NCBI GenBank assembly: GCA_963699255.1
Contig: OY969425.1
Span: 1,020,001-1,052,000 of the forward strand
Direction: 5' to 3'
Origin: an uncultured bacterium
Lineage (GTDB): Bacteria; Margulisbacteria; WOR-1; CAVSGV01
Length of the DNA: 32,000 nucleotides
Both the position numbers and the translations under genes were made by a program. Positions 9,415 through 18,195 of the stretch are shown here, piece after piece. Each line of letters starts with the position of its first letter. Position 1 is the stretch's first letter. The notes beneath the pieces are model-generated. The model did not search any database and had not been told where the DNA came from. It saw nothing but the letters and a program-made list of their open reading frames with translations.

Positions 9415-9455
9415 TCTCCTCTTTCTCCTCTAGCTCTTCTAGCTCCTCTATTTTA

Positions 9456-10652
9456 CTAAGTGTGATACTCCGCGTTTATCTTCACGTAATCGTACGTCAA
9501 ATCGCATCCCCAGACGGTGGCAGCGCCTGTTCCCTGCCCGAGATGTATATTTATCAGTATCTCCTTGCCCTTAAGGTGTTTTTTCGCGTCATTCTGGTCG
9601 AAAAACACCGCCTTGCCGCCGTTAACGACAAGAAGGCTCCCGATATAGACATTCACCTTGTCCTGTTCGATGTCCGCGCCGGAATAACCCACCGCCGCCA
9701 TGATACGGCCAAAGTTCGGGTCCTCCCCGAATATCGCGGTTTTCACAAGGTCCGATCCGGCCACCGCTCTCGCGGCAAGCTTGGCGTCGTTCATTGATCT
9801 CGCCCCGGCCACCCTCACTTCTATCAATTTGGTCGCCCCCTCGCCATCCCGCGCGATCTCCTTCGCCAGATACACGCAGACAAGTTCCAGCGCCTGCTTG
9901 AAAGCTTTTTCATCACTGCCCTTTAAGGCCCTGTTCTTCGCCATGCCGTTAGCAAGGATAAAAACGCAGTCATTCGTGGAAGTATCCCTGTCAACGACCG
10001 TCATGTTGAACGACTTGTCGACCGCTTCCTTCAGATAAATTTTCAATTTGGATGATGGGATCTCCGCATCGGTCGTTATGAACGCGAAAAGCGTTGCCAT
10101 GTTGGGAGCGATCATACCCGATCCTTTTGCGATCCCGCCTATCGTGATGGCTGCACCGCCCGCTTTCAGCTTTACCGTGATCTCTTTTCTTCTCGTATCC
10201 GTAGTAAGTATCGCGTCCGCGGCCTCCCCTCCCCCTGCCTGCGACAGCTTTTTTGACAGCATCCTGATGCCGTTCAAAATGTTCTTCAATGGAAGTCTTG
10301 AACCGATGGTCCCCGTAGAGGCAACAAGAACATTTTCGCGGTTGATATTAAGCGCGCTCGCGACCGCCTTCGCCATTATCTGGGCGTCCTCAAGCCCCTC
10401 GCTGCCCGTGCAGGCGTTGGCACAGCCTGAATTAGCGATTATCGCCTGGGCTTTGCCGCTCTTTATATGGTCCATGCTCACAAGGATGGGAGCAGCTTTA
10501 ACAGCATTGCAAGTGAAGGTTGCCGCCGCATTCGCCGGAATTTCAGAGTAGATAAGCGCGATGTCTTTCTTGCCGGATCTTTTTATCCCGCAGTGCATCC
10601 CTGAAGCTTTAAAACCTTTCGGTGCCGTTACGCCCCCATTAACTTTTTTCAT
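9456..10652 (-). CDS. argJ: bifunctional glutamate N-acetyltransferase / amino-acid acetyltransferase (ArgJ)
   Basis: GIAKGSGMIAPNMATLFAFITTDA (autocleavage region), VDRDTSTNDC, DPNFGRI motifs. Confidence 0.95.
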   Translation of the reverse strand: MKKVNGGVTAPKGFKASGMHCGIKRSGKKDIALIYSEIPANAAATFTCNAVKAAPILVSMDHIKSGKAQAIIANSGCANACTGSEGLEDAQIMAKAVASALNINRENVLVASTGTIGSRLPLKNILNGIRMLSKKLSQAGGGEAADAILTTDTRRKEITVKLKAGGAAITIGGIAKGSGMIAPNMATLFAFITTDAEIPSSKLKIYLKEAVDKSFNMTVVDRDTSTNDCVFILANGMAKNRALKGSDEKAFKQALELVCVYLAKEIARDGEGATKLIEVRVAGARSMNDAKLAARAVAGSDLVKTAIFGEDPNFGRIMAAVGYSGADIEQDKVNVYIGSLLVVNGGKAVFFDQNDAKKHLKGKEILINIHLGQGTGAATVWGCDLTYDYVKINAEYHT

Positions 10653-11659
10653 GGATATATCGGCAGAAGCTTAAGACCCGCCGTTTCCTGCAGTCCGAAC
10701 ATTATGTTCATGTTCTGGAGAGCCTGTCCGGAAGCCCCTTTTATAAGGTTGTCTATCGCGGACAGAACAATGACAGTGTTCGTGCGCTTGTCGTATTTGA
10801 CCGCGATGTCGCAGTAATTCGCCCCGTAAACATTTTTCGTTGACGGCAGCTTCTGGTCAAGCACGCGGATGAAAGGTTTTCCCTTGTAGAAATCCTTATA
10901 GATCCTGGTAAGTTTGGCTTCATCGATAGCTTTGCCCGCCTTCGCATAGATCGTCGATAATATTCCGCGCGTCATCGGGATGAGATGAGGCGTGAACGTT
11001 ATCTTTGCGCCAAGTTCCTGTTCGATCTCCGGGATGTGGCGGTGCGCGGCGACCTTATATGCGGACACCCCTTCGTTGCAATTAGGGAAATGCGTTTCAT
11101 CGGTCAAGGCTTTACCTGCTCCGGATATCCCGGATTTGGCGTCCACAACAATGCTGTTCAGGTCGATCAGTCCTTCTTTTACAAGCGGATAAAGACCCAG
11201 TATCGATGCCGTGGCATAACAGCCTGGATTTGCGACCAGGTCGGCGCCTTTCACATTTTCGATCTCGGGAAGCCCGTATACCGCTTTCGCCAAAAGATCC
11301 TTGCTTGCGTGGTCCATCTTGTACCATTCCTTGAAGACAGCCGCGTCCTTGAAACGGTAATCTGCGCTAAGATCTATGACTTTCGCTCCGGATTTAAGGA
11401 GCTTCGGGGCAATGTTCATCGCCATCCCGTTAGGAAGAGCAAGGAACACGACATCCGCCCCGGACAGCTTGTCAACTTCGGGCGCCTTGTAGGAAAGGTC
11501 CAGCACCCCTTCCAGATGAGGGTATACATCCGATATTTTCTTCCCTTTGTGAGTCTCAGAGGTTACAAAGGCGAGTTCCGCCTCCGGATGGCGCGTCAGC
11601 AACCCTACAAGTATCGTCCCCGTATAACCCGATCCCCCCATTATTCCAGTTTTTATCAT
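10649..11659 (-). CDS. argC: N-acetyl-gamma-glutamyl-phosphate reductase
   Basis: GGSGYTG nucleotide-binding motif, NPGCYATASILGLYPL active site; ATGA overlap with argJ. Confidence 0.95.
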   Translation of the reverse strand: MIKTGIMGGSGYTGTILVGLLTRHPEAELAFVTSETHKGKKISDVYPHLEGVLDLSYKAPEVDKLSGADVVFLALPNGMAMNIAPKLLKSGAKVIDLSADYRFKDAAVFKEWYKMDHASKDLLAKAVYGLPEIENVKGADLVANPGCYATASILGLYPLVKEGLIDLNSIVVDAKSGISGAGKALTDETHFPNCNEGVSAYKVAAHRHIPEIEQELGAKITFTPHLIPMTRGILSTIYAKAGKAIDEAKLTRIYKDFYKGKPFIRVLDQKLPSTKNVYGANYCDIAVKYDKRTNTVIVLSAIDNLIKGASGQALQNMNIMFGLQETAGLKLLPIYP

Positions 11660-11675
11660 TTAATGAAACCTCCTC
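11659..11675. repeat. 17-bp direct repeat, copy 1 (flanks the paired-hairpin insert)
   Basis: TTTAATGAAACCTCCTC, identical to 11764-11780. Confidence 0.9.
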
Positions 11676-11684
11676 GATTTTCGT

Positions 11685-11759
11685 GGAACCTGCGACTAAA
11701 CGTCGCGGTTCCTTACCATTCAATTACGAGGAAGCCGCGAAGTTCATTCGCAGGCTTCC
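11685..11759. repeat. paired inverted hairpins (BIME/REP-like), copy 1
   Basis: Hairpin A GGAACC-t-GCGAC-taaac-GTCGC-GGTTCC (11685-11712); hairpin B GGAAGCC-GCGAA-gttca-TTCGC-a-GGCTTCC (11730-11759). Confidence 0.8.
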
Positions 11760-11763
11760 GGGC

Positions 11764-11780
11764 TTTAATGAAACCTCCTC
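11764..11780. repeat. 17-bp direct repeat, copy 2
   Basis: TTTAATGAAACCTCCTC, identical to 11659-11675; contains the AMMECR1 stop codon. Confidence 0.9.
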
Positions 11781-12304
11781 ACACGGAACTTTTGGATCTC
11801 TATCGGCTCATCATCCCCTATCCACGCTTTCCGCCTGCAGATAGCTATTTGATTTTCCGGAGTATCCACTCCTTCAAGGTCCGGAAGCAAAAGCCCCCGT
11901 CTTCCCTTGCTGTGCACTATTATACCGTATTTTTTCGGGTCGAGCTCATCGATATTGTCGACCGGCTCCGGCATTGTCAAAACATCGACCGAAATCTCAA
12001 GCTCCGGAATTTCCTCTTTTGTCAGCGGAGGGAACCTGGGGTCTCTTGTCGATGACTCAATCGCATTTGAAATGATCTCTTCCGCCACATTTGCTTTTGT
12101 GGGGAGGAACGTCCCTATGCAACCCCTCAGCTGGCCTCTCTTGTGAAGTGAAACGAACACTCCGGCTTTCTCTTTTAATTCCGCGGGGAGGTCCGGTGGA
12201 GGGACAATCCTTTTCCCCTCGCTTAGGTAAGCTTCTATGGCTTTTCCGGCCAGATCAACTTGCCATGAAGAGTTATTCTTCATGGCTGGCGGGCTTGACA
12301 TCAA
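11765..12304 (-). CDS. AMMECR1 domain protein (AmmeMemoRadiSam system protein A)
   Basis: [45 protein letters not shown]. Confidence 0.9.
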   Translation of the reverse strand: MMSSPPAMKNNSSWQVDLAGKAIEAYLSEGKRIVPPPDLPAELKEKAGVFVSLHKRGQLRGCIGTFLPTKANVAEEIISNAIESSTRDPRFPPLTKEEIPELEISVDVLTMPEPVDNIDELDPKKYGIIVHSKGRRGLLLPDLEGVDTPENQIAICRRKAWIGDDEPIEIQKFRVRRFH

Positions 12305-13094
12305 AAGTGGCTACCATGTATCCCACGCCGAACGGGCCTTCATATGATAGGACCTCCGGCGTGACATCCAGGCCTTTCAGCGCTCCCATAAGGATCACGA
12401 TCGACCTGAACCCGCATTCCCCCGCGGCCTCGATCAAATTCGGGTCCATGCTCAGTATGCCTTCGGCATCATTTTTACCGGCCAGCCTAACGATCTCCTC
12501 GTCGAATTTTTTCCCTTCGGGGTTGAAGCCCGCCGGGGCATCCGGCGTCAGCCTGTGAGAAAGGTCGCCGCTTGCGATAACAGCCACTTTTTTACCGAGT
12601 TTATCCGAAGCCGTCCTTATGACTTCCCCAAAACTATAAAGATCTTTATACGGAAGAAATGCCAAAGCGATCGGGACTATCGGTTTCTTGAACGAAGCCA
12701 GTGTCGGATAATACAACGGGACGACCACTCCATGATCAAGCAGTGTTTCCGCGATCTGCGATACTTCCATGTTCTGCTTTCTTGCTTCTTTTATGATCTC
12801 ATTGCCGAGAAGCGCATCACCCTTGAAAGAAAAGACGGGTTTATCCGCGCCGAAATATCCAAGGTTACCCTCAAAAATATGGCTGACATAAACCGGTATC
12901 GAGACCTGTGACACGTTCCCGTGAGGAGTGATTATAACAACGGAATCGATATCTTTGGCTTTGAGCCTCTTCCCGACCTCCTCAAGCGCCTTCTTCGTTT
13001 TGCTTACCTCTTTTACACGGGTTCCTCCCACCGCCGGAACTATGACGGGAGGATGAGGCATTATCGCGCCGTAAACTATCGCCAATAAAAACAC
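12273..13094 (-). CDS. Memo / class III extradiol dioxygenase-like protein (AmmeMemoRadiSam system protein B)
   Basis: [52 protein letters not shown]. The track start is 13118 (TTG); a GTG at 13094 behind AAAGG is more plausible. Confidence 0.85.
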   Translation of the reverse strand: MFLLAIVYGAIMPHPPVIVPAVGGTRVKEVSKTKKALEEVGKRLKAKDIDSVVIITPHGNVSQVSIPVYVSHIFEGNLGYFGADKPVFSFKGDALLGNEIIKEARKQNMEVSQIAETLLDHGVVVPLYYPTLASFKKPIVPIALAFLPYKDLYSFGEVIRTASDKLGKKVAVIASGDLSHRLTPDAPAGFNPEGKKFDEEIVRLAGKNDAEGILSMDPNLIEAAGECGFRSIVILMGALKGLDVTPEVLSYEGPFGVGYMVATFDVKPASHEE

Positions 13095-13218
13095 CAGCCT
13101 TTCAGGACAATTACACAATTAACAATTAAACAATGAACAATTAGTGTGTGCTCCGCACATATTAATAATAATTCCTTAATTGGTCATTGTGTCATTGGTC
13201 ATTGTTAATTCCCTTTTA

Positions 13219-13227
13219 TGATATAAT
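13219..13227 (+). promoter_or_regulatory. candidate extended -10 promoter for the phosphosugar mutase
   Basis: TG-A-TATAAT; no good -35; 79 nt upstream of the ATG. Confidence 0.4.
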
Positions 13228-13244
13228 ACTTTAAATTTAACTTC

Positions 13245-13282
13245 AAGCCCTTCGCCTTCGCTCAGGACAAGCCTTTCGAAGG
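13245..13282 (+). repeat. REP-like palindromic sequence in the 5' leader of the mutase gene
   Basis: AAGCCCTTCGCCTTCGCTCAGGACAAGCCTTTCGAAGG, with CCTTCG ... CGAAGG arms. Confidence 0.4.
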
Positions 13283-13305
13283 AACAGGGTAACAAAAAGG
13301 ACCAT

Positions 13306-14655
13306 ATGACATTAATAATAAGCATCTCCGGTGTTCGCGGTATCAGCGACACAGACCTGACAGACAAAGTCATATCCGATTTCTCGCGGGCATTTGCCGC
13401 CTGCGTAAAAAAAGGGACCGTTGTCATAGGCCGGGACCCGAGGTCTTCCGGCGAAAAGATCAAAGACACCGTTATCTCCGAACTGAACAGATCCGGGCTC
13501 GATGTCGTATATCTGGGAATATGCCCTACCCCGACCGTCCAGCTGATGGTAAAGGAGCTGAAAGCCGACGGCGGGATGATCATTACCGCAAGCCATAATC
13601 CCGCGCAGTGGAACGGCCTGAAATTCGTAAGGCGTGACGGCATATTCCTGAATGCGGATGAAGCGGATGCCCTCATAAAGATCTACGAAAACAAGAAATT
13701 TCCTCCCTCAAATAAGACCGGCGCCATAAAGATCCACAAAGCCCCTTTTGACGCCCACATAAAAAAGGTCCTTGAATGTGTTGATGTCCTGTCGATAAGA
13801 AAAAGGAAATTCAAGGTCGTCATCGATAGTTGCAACGGCGCGGGTTCGAAGATCACCGTGAAGCTCCTTAAAGAACTCGGCTGCGAAGTCATCGAGTTAT
13901 ACACGGACCTGAACAGGACATTCCCTCATAACCCCGAACCGGTCCCCGAAAACTTGAATGACTTATGTTCAAAGGTCAAGGTATCCGGCGCGGACATCGG
14001 GTTCGCGCAGGACGCGGACGCGGACAGATTGGCCATTGTCACAGATAAAGGGATCGCGCCCGGAGAAGAATATACACTTGCGATAGCTGTTGACCACGTG
14101 CTGTCCGGCATACGGCATCCGGTATCAGGTATCAGGGCTCTGGTGGTCACGAATCTATCTACAAGCATGATGATAGATGACGTGGCAAGAAAATATAACG
14201 CCGCGGTCATAAGGACCAAGATCGGCGAGGTCAATGTCGCCGAGGAAATGGTCAAGCAAAAGACTGTTATCGGCGGGGAAGGCAACGGCGGCGTCATGTA
14301 CCCCAGGGTCGGCTACAACCGCGACAGCCTGATCGGCATAGGCATCATCCTTGACGCTCTTTCCGCATCCGGTAAAAGCATTTCTTCCATTATTGACAGC
14401 CTGCCGCAATATTCGATCGTAAAGAAAAAAGTGGATTGTTCATCAAAAGCCGAAGCGGATTCTATGATACAAAAAGTGAGATCGAAATTTTCAGGCGAAA
14501 ACCTTGATCTTACGGAAGGAATAAAGATCCTTTTTAAGAACGCCTGGGTGCACGTAAGGGCTTCAAATACGGAACCGATCATCAGGATCATCGCGGAGGC
14601 AGAAAGCAAGAACAGGGCGCTGGAGCTGATAAATAAGGTAATTGAAATGGATTAA
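13306..14655 (+). CDS. glmM: phosphoglucosamine mutase / phosphohexomutase family
   Basis: SGVRGI, ITASHNPAQWNGLKF (catalytic Ser), DADADR metal loop, RASNTEPIIRII phosphate-binding loop. Confidence 0.85.
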   Translation: MTLIISISGVRGISDTDLTDKVISDFSRAFAACVKKGTVVIGRDPRSSGEKIKDTVISELNRSGLDVVYLGICPTPTVQLMVKELKADGGMIITASHNPAQWNGLKFVRRDGIFLNADEADALIKIYENKKFPPSNKTGAIKIHKAPFDAHIKKVLECVDVLSIRKRKFKVVIDSCNGAGSKITVKLLKELGCEVIELYTDLNRTFPHNPEPVPENLNDLCSKVKVSGADIGFAQDADADRLAIVTDKGIAPGEEYTLAIAVDHVLSGIRHPVSGIRALVVTNLSTSMMIDDVARKYNAAVIRTKIGEVNVAEEMVKQKTVIGGEGNGGVMYPRVGYNRDSLIGIGIILDALSASGKSISSIIDSLPQYSIVKKKVDCSSKAEADSMIQKVRSKFSGENLDLTEGIKILFKNAWVHVRASNTEPIIRIIAEAESKNRALELINKVIEMD

Positions 14656-14657
14656 GT

Positions 14658-14709
14658 CGCAGAGATAAACTCTGCTCTCATTATACAAAGAGCAGAGCTT
14701 GTCTCTGCG
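14658..14709. terminator. nested bidirectional hairpin between convergent genes, likely shared terminator
   Basis: CGCAGAGA-taaa-CTCTGCTCT-cattatacaa-AGAGCAGAG-cttg-TCTCTGCG: 17 paired bases, located between the two stops at 14655 and 14717. Confidence 0.6.
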
Positions 14710-14716
14710 GGTCTTG

Positions 14717-15916
14717 TTATCCCTTTAGTTCCCCCAATATCCTCGATTTGGGTATATCAAGAAGGTTTGCCGCCATGTCTTCCGACCCGGTCTTTTTGTG
14801 GAAAATATTCACAAGGCCTTTTTCAACTATATTTTTAAAATCCAACAGGTTCTCCGTCTGCGAGGACTGCAGGTTCTCATAGACCATTTTACTCCCCAGC
14901 TGGATATCCTTAAGTGTAATTTCGCCGCTTTCACAGGCAATGACGGCGTTCTCAATGACGCACTCCAGCTCGCGGTAATTTCCGGGCCAGCCGTAGTCGC
15001 ATATCATCTTTAGAGCATCGAAGCTTATGCCGTCAATAATCTTGCCGTATTTTGCCGAATATCTGTCGATGCAGGCCATCAGGATATCCGGCATGTCTTC
15101 CTTTCTTTCTCTTAAGCCGGGAACGATTATCTTTTCCCAGTCAACGAACGCCTCGCTATCGCCAAGCTCCTGAACGCCGGCTATTACGGTTAAATTCCCC
15201 TTCAACGACTTGCTCTTTATGTAATCCAAAATGCTCGCCCGGTGTTTTTCGTCGGCGGCGCCGAATCTCTCGAAATAAATAATATCCGAGGAAGCAAGGG
15301 CTTCCTGGAGCACCATCCAGAATATGTTTTCAAGGCTTTCCTTCCTGAAAACCAGCATATCGATCGTGGTCAGCTTTCTGCCCCTGCCGGAACAATCTCG
15401 CACGATCCTCACCAGGCTTGAAATGTCTATCCCGGCCTCGGAAACAAAAAGGATGTTCTTTCTGTCTCTTACAGCGAGCTCGAGATTTTTGAACAGCGTC
15501 CTTATCTTATTACCGCTGCCGGAAAGCCACCCGCCGGGCCGGCATGTGATCCTTATTTCGCCCTCCCCGCGCGACAGATTGCTCTTGACCGAGCCAAGCA
15601 GTCTTTCGCTTAAAGCGGGCTTCCTTATGAAATCGGCCACGCCGATCTTAGAGGCTTCTACGGCTTCGGGTATCGTAACAGTTGAAGAGAGCATTATGAC
15701 GGCGGATGCCGGTGACAGCTTTTTTATTTCTTTGTACAAAGAAAGCCCCGACACTTCCTTCATATCGCAGTCAATGACGGTAAGTATGCCGGGGATCTCT
15801 CCGGCCTTTTTTAGAACTTCGCTGCGGCTTGAAGCTGTGTCTATATCATAGGATTCCTTTAGGGTGGACATGACCGCCGGATCGCTGCTTAACACCAATA
15901 TATTGTTTTTTTTCAT
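14717..15916 (-). CDS. degenerate NtrC-like response regulator (REC + inactivated sigma54-interaction/AAA+ domain + Fis-type HTH)
   Basis: REC region VIDCDMKEVSG...DFIRKP; YGWPGNYRELECVIENA; Walker A and GAFTGA loop absent; C-terminal AANLLDIPKSRILGELKG. Confidence 0.8.
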   Translation of the reverse strand: MKKNNILVLSSDPAVMSTLKESYDIDTASSRSEVLKKAGEIPGILTVIDCDMKEVSGLSLYKEIKKLSPASAVIMLSSTVTIPEAVEASKIGVADFIRKPALSERLLGSVKSNLSRGEGEIRITCRPGGWLSGSGNKIRTLFKNLELAVRDRKNILFVSEAGIDISSLVRIVRDCSGRGRKLTTIDMLVFRKESLENIFWMVLQEALASSDIIYFERFGAADEKHRASILDYIKSKSLKGNLTVIAGVQELGDSEAFVDWEKIIVPGLRERKEDMPDILMACIDRYSAKYGKIIDGISFDALKMICDYGWPGNYRELECVIENAVIACESGEITLKDIQLGSKMVYENLQSSQTENLLDFKNIVEKGLVNIFHKKTGSEDMAANLLDIPKSRILGELKG

Positions 15917-15951
15917 GCTTTTATATGGCCTTCATGCCATTATATCATCCG

Positions 15952-18195
15952 CTATGAGACCGGTAAAGTTACCGTCACCGTCGTTCCCTTTGAGCTCTCA
16001 CTTTGAATATCGATCGTCCCCATGTGCTTGTCTATTATGCTGTGTGAAATAGTAAGCCCCAGCCCCGTACCGTAGTGTTTGGTAGTAAAGAAAGGATCGA
16101 AAATATGATTAAGCTGTTCTTTTGGTATCCCCTGACCGGTATCCGCTATCTTTGCTGTTACGGACTTTGACAGCTTATCTGATCCAAGTTCGATCTCCAG
16201 CTGTCCTCCCGCAGGCATGGCCTGCACGGCATTCAAAATAATGTTTGAAAATGCCCTGAGCAGTTGTTCCCTGTCGGCATGAATGTCCGGCACGTCATTG
16301 AATTTCTTTATGATATTTATATTCCCTCTCTCGATATCACCCTTAAAATCCGTCAATATCTCCTCGAACAACTCCTGAATATTGACCTGAGAAAGCTTCA
16401 TTTCCGGCGACCTTGCAAAGCCGAGCAGTCCCTCCACTATCCTGTCGATGCGGCTTATCTCCGTCGGTATGATCTCCTCAAATTTTTTCCTGAAGTCAGG
16501 ATCTTCATATCTGTCATGTAATAGCTGCGAAAAGACCTTCATTGAAGAAAGCGGGTTCTTTATCTCGTGCGCCATTCCGGCAGCCATTGTCCCCAGCGAC
16601 GCGAGCTTGTCAGCCTCGTCAAGTTTATCCTTCGCCCTCTTCAACTCCTCGTATTGTCTCGAGATAGTGGAGTACATCATCGAGTTATCGAAAGCAACGG
16701 CGATCTGGTTCGCCAATATCCTCAAAAGCTCTATATCTTCATCCGTATACATATCCCCCGACAGTTTATATCCAAGGCATATTATCGCGATCAGTTTCTC
16801 TTTTGAGATCACCGGTATCCATACCGCCATCCCCAGTTTCTCAAGCTCATCCCTCAGACCATGGAAAGAGGAGAACGGCCCGGCCTGAGACAATAAAGAA
16901 GGGTGCCTGCCTATTTCGCTTTCCACTTCATCCCTTACAAGGATATCTTTTTTTGCGGAAAGGTAAGTTGCAATGGGCCCGCCCGCGTCGAATTCGATCC
17001 GTTTGTATTTGCCGGCGGTCTTAATGTCGCACGGCGCGCTCTTGAACCTGTTCCTGTTCTCGTCAAGAAGCAGGACTGACATCTCCTTTACTTTTATGTT
17101 ATCAAGAAAATTGGACACTATCAGCCTTATCAGCTCGCTGAGTTTTATGACCGAGGTGATCCCGTGGCTCATATTGAGCAGCGTTTTCTGATAATTATAT
17201 CTGCCTCCGTAAAGCAGCCTGTCCGACAGCTCAAGGATGAATCTATAGACAGGTTGATACAGTATAGACGCGAACAGGGCAAAGAACATGAAAGCAACGA
17301 TGGTCTTATCTCCCAATATATATTCAAGCGGCTGTCCCGAAGCAAGCCCGGCCAGAACATAGAACAGCGTCAATATTGTCGATATCACAAGGTATATCAG
17401 CCCTTTTTGCATCATGAATTCAATGCTTAAAAGCCTGGCTACGCCTATCGCATACGCCGTGGTCGCCAAAAATATAAGCGCAAAAAGAGGGCCGTATCCC
17501 GTGAATCTATATTCGCCAAGCCAGGGCAAAATGAGGCTTGTTATTCCCGCAAAAACAGCGCTTAAAATGACGCCAAAAAGCAGATACCTCGCCTGCATCC
17601 TCTCCCCGCCCAGGGATGAATTGTATTTTCCGATCATATTCGCGATGCCATAGCCGATGTATATGATGAAGTAAGCAAGCAAAAAGCTATACCCGACCCC
17701 GAACACGATCGCGCGCCCCCCTTCGGCCAGGACCGACTCCTTTAGAATAAGATCTGTTGGAAGCATCGCGATCGCCGCTACAGGAAGAAGGAACATAAAG
17801 ATCCTTTGAGTGCCGGACAGATTGCCCGTCCTTTTTGGAAAAACAAAAGTGAAATAATAAAATAAGGGAGCGGCGAACGCCGGCCCTATATAAACAAGCT
17901 TTCCCCAAAGCATGGCGGACAAAGGTGTCAGGGAATATGTGAGCCTTTGGGTCGCGTACGCCCAAAAGGCCAGGGAGATCGATAGCGCGCAAAATGCCAT
18001 GTTTATCTCGCCTTTCCTGTTCTGAAAAAGTATATATAGACCGATGGCGATATCCACGAGTATCACATTGAACGGTATCAAAAGCCGGGTATTCCCGGAA
18101 ACAATTATGTTCACCGATCCGATTATTAGAATGGCCGCCGATATAAAGAACACGCCTTTTGAGAGAACTCCGTTCATATTGATATCACGAAGCAT
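15952..18195 (-). CDS. membrane sensor histidine kinase (N-terminal multi-TM region, GAF-like region, HisKA, HATPase)
   Basis: About 8 hydrophobic segments at the N-terminus; H-box GMAHEIKNPLSSMKVF; N-box NAVQAMPAGG; ADTGQGIP and GTGLGLTIS. Confidence 0.93.
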   Translation of the reverse strand: MLRDINMNGVLSKGVFFISAAILIIGSVNIIVSGNTRLLIPFNVILVDIAIGLYILFQNRKGEINMAFCALSISLAFWAYATQRLTYSLTPLSAMLWGKLVYIGPAFAAPLFYYFTFVFPKRTGNLSGTQRIFMFLLPVAAIAMLPTDLILKESVLAEGGRAIVFGVGYSFLLAYFIIYIGYGIANMIGKYNSSLGGERMQARYLLFGVILSAVFAGITSLILPWLGEYRFTGYGPLFALIFLATTAYAIGVARLLSIEFMMQKGLIYLVISTILTLFYVLAGLASGQPLEYILGDKTIVAFMFFALFASILYQPVYRFILELSDRLLYGGRYNYQKTLLNMSHGITSVIKLSELIRLIVSNFLDNIKVKEMSVLLLDENRNRFKSAPCDIKTAGKYKRIEFDAGGPIATYLSAKKDILVRDEVESEIGRHPSLLSQAGPFSSFHGLRDELEKLGMAVWIPVISKEKLIAIICLGYKLSGDMYTDEDIELLRILANQIAVAFDNSMMYSTISRQYEELKRAKDKLDEADKLASLGTMAAGMAHEIKNPLSSMKVFSQLLHDRYEDPDFRKKFEEIIPTEISRIDRIVEGLLGFARSPEMKLSQVNIQELFEEILTDFKGDIERGNINIIKKFNDVPDIHADREQLLRAFSNIILNAVQAMPAGGQLEIELGSDKLSKSVTAKIADTGQGIPKEQLNHIFDPFFTTKHYGTGLGLTISHSIIDKHMGTIDIQSESSKGTTVTVTLPVS

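Noticed and set aside
15952-18195. Naming the kinase PrsK (exosortase/PEP-CTERM system)
   Set aside because: General architecture (multi-TM, GAF, HisKA) is similar, but no exosortase or PEP-CTERM genes are in the window and the partner regulator is degenerate.
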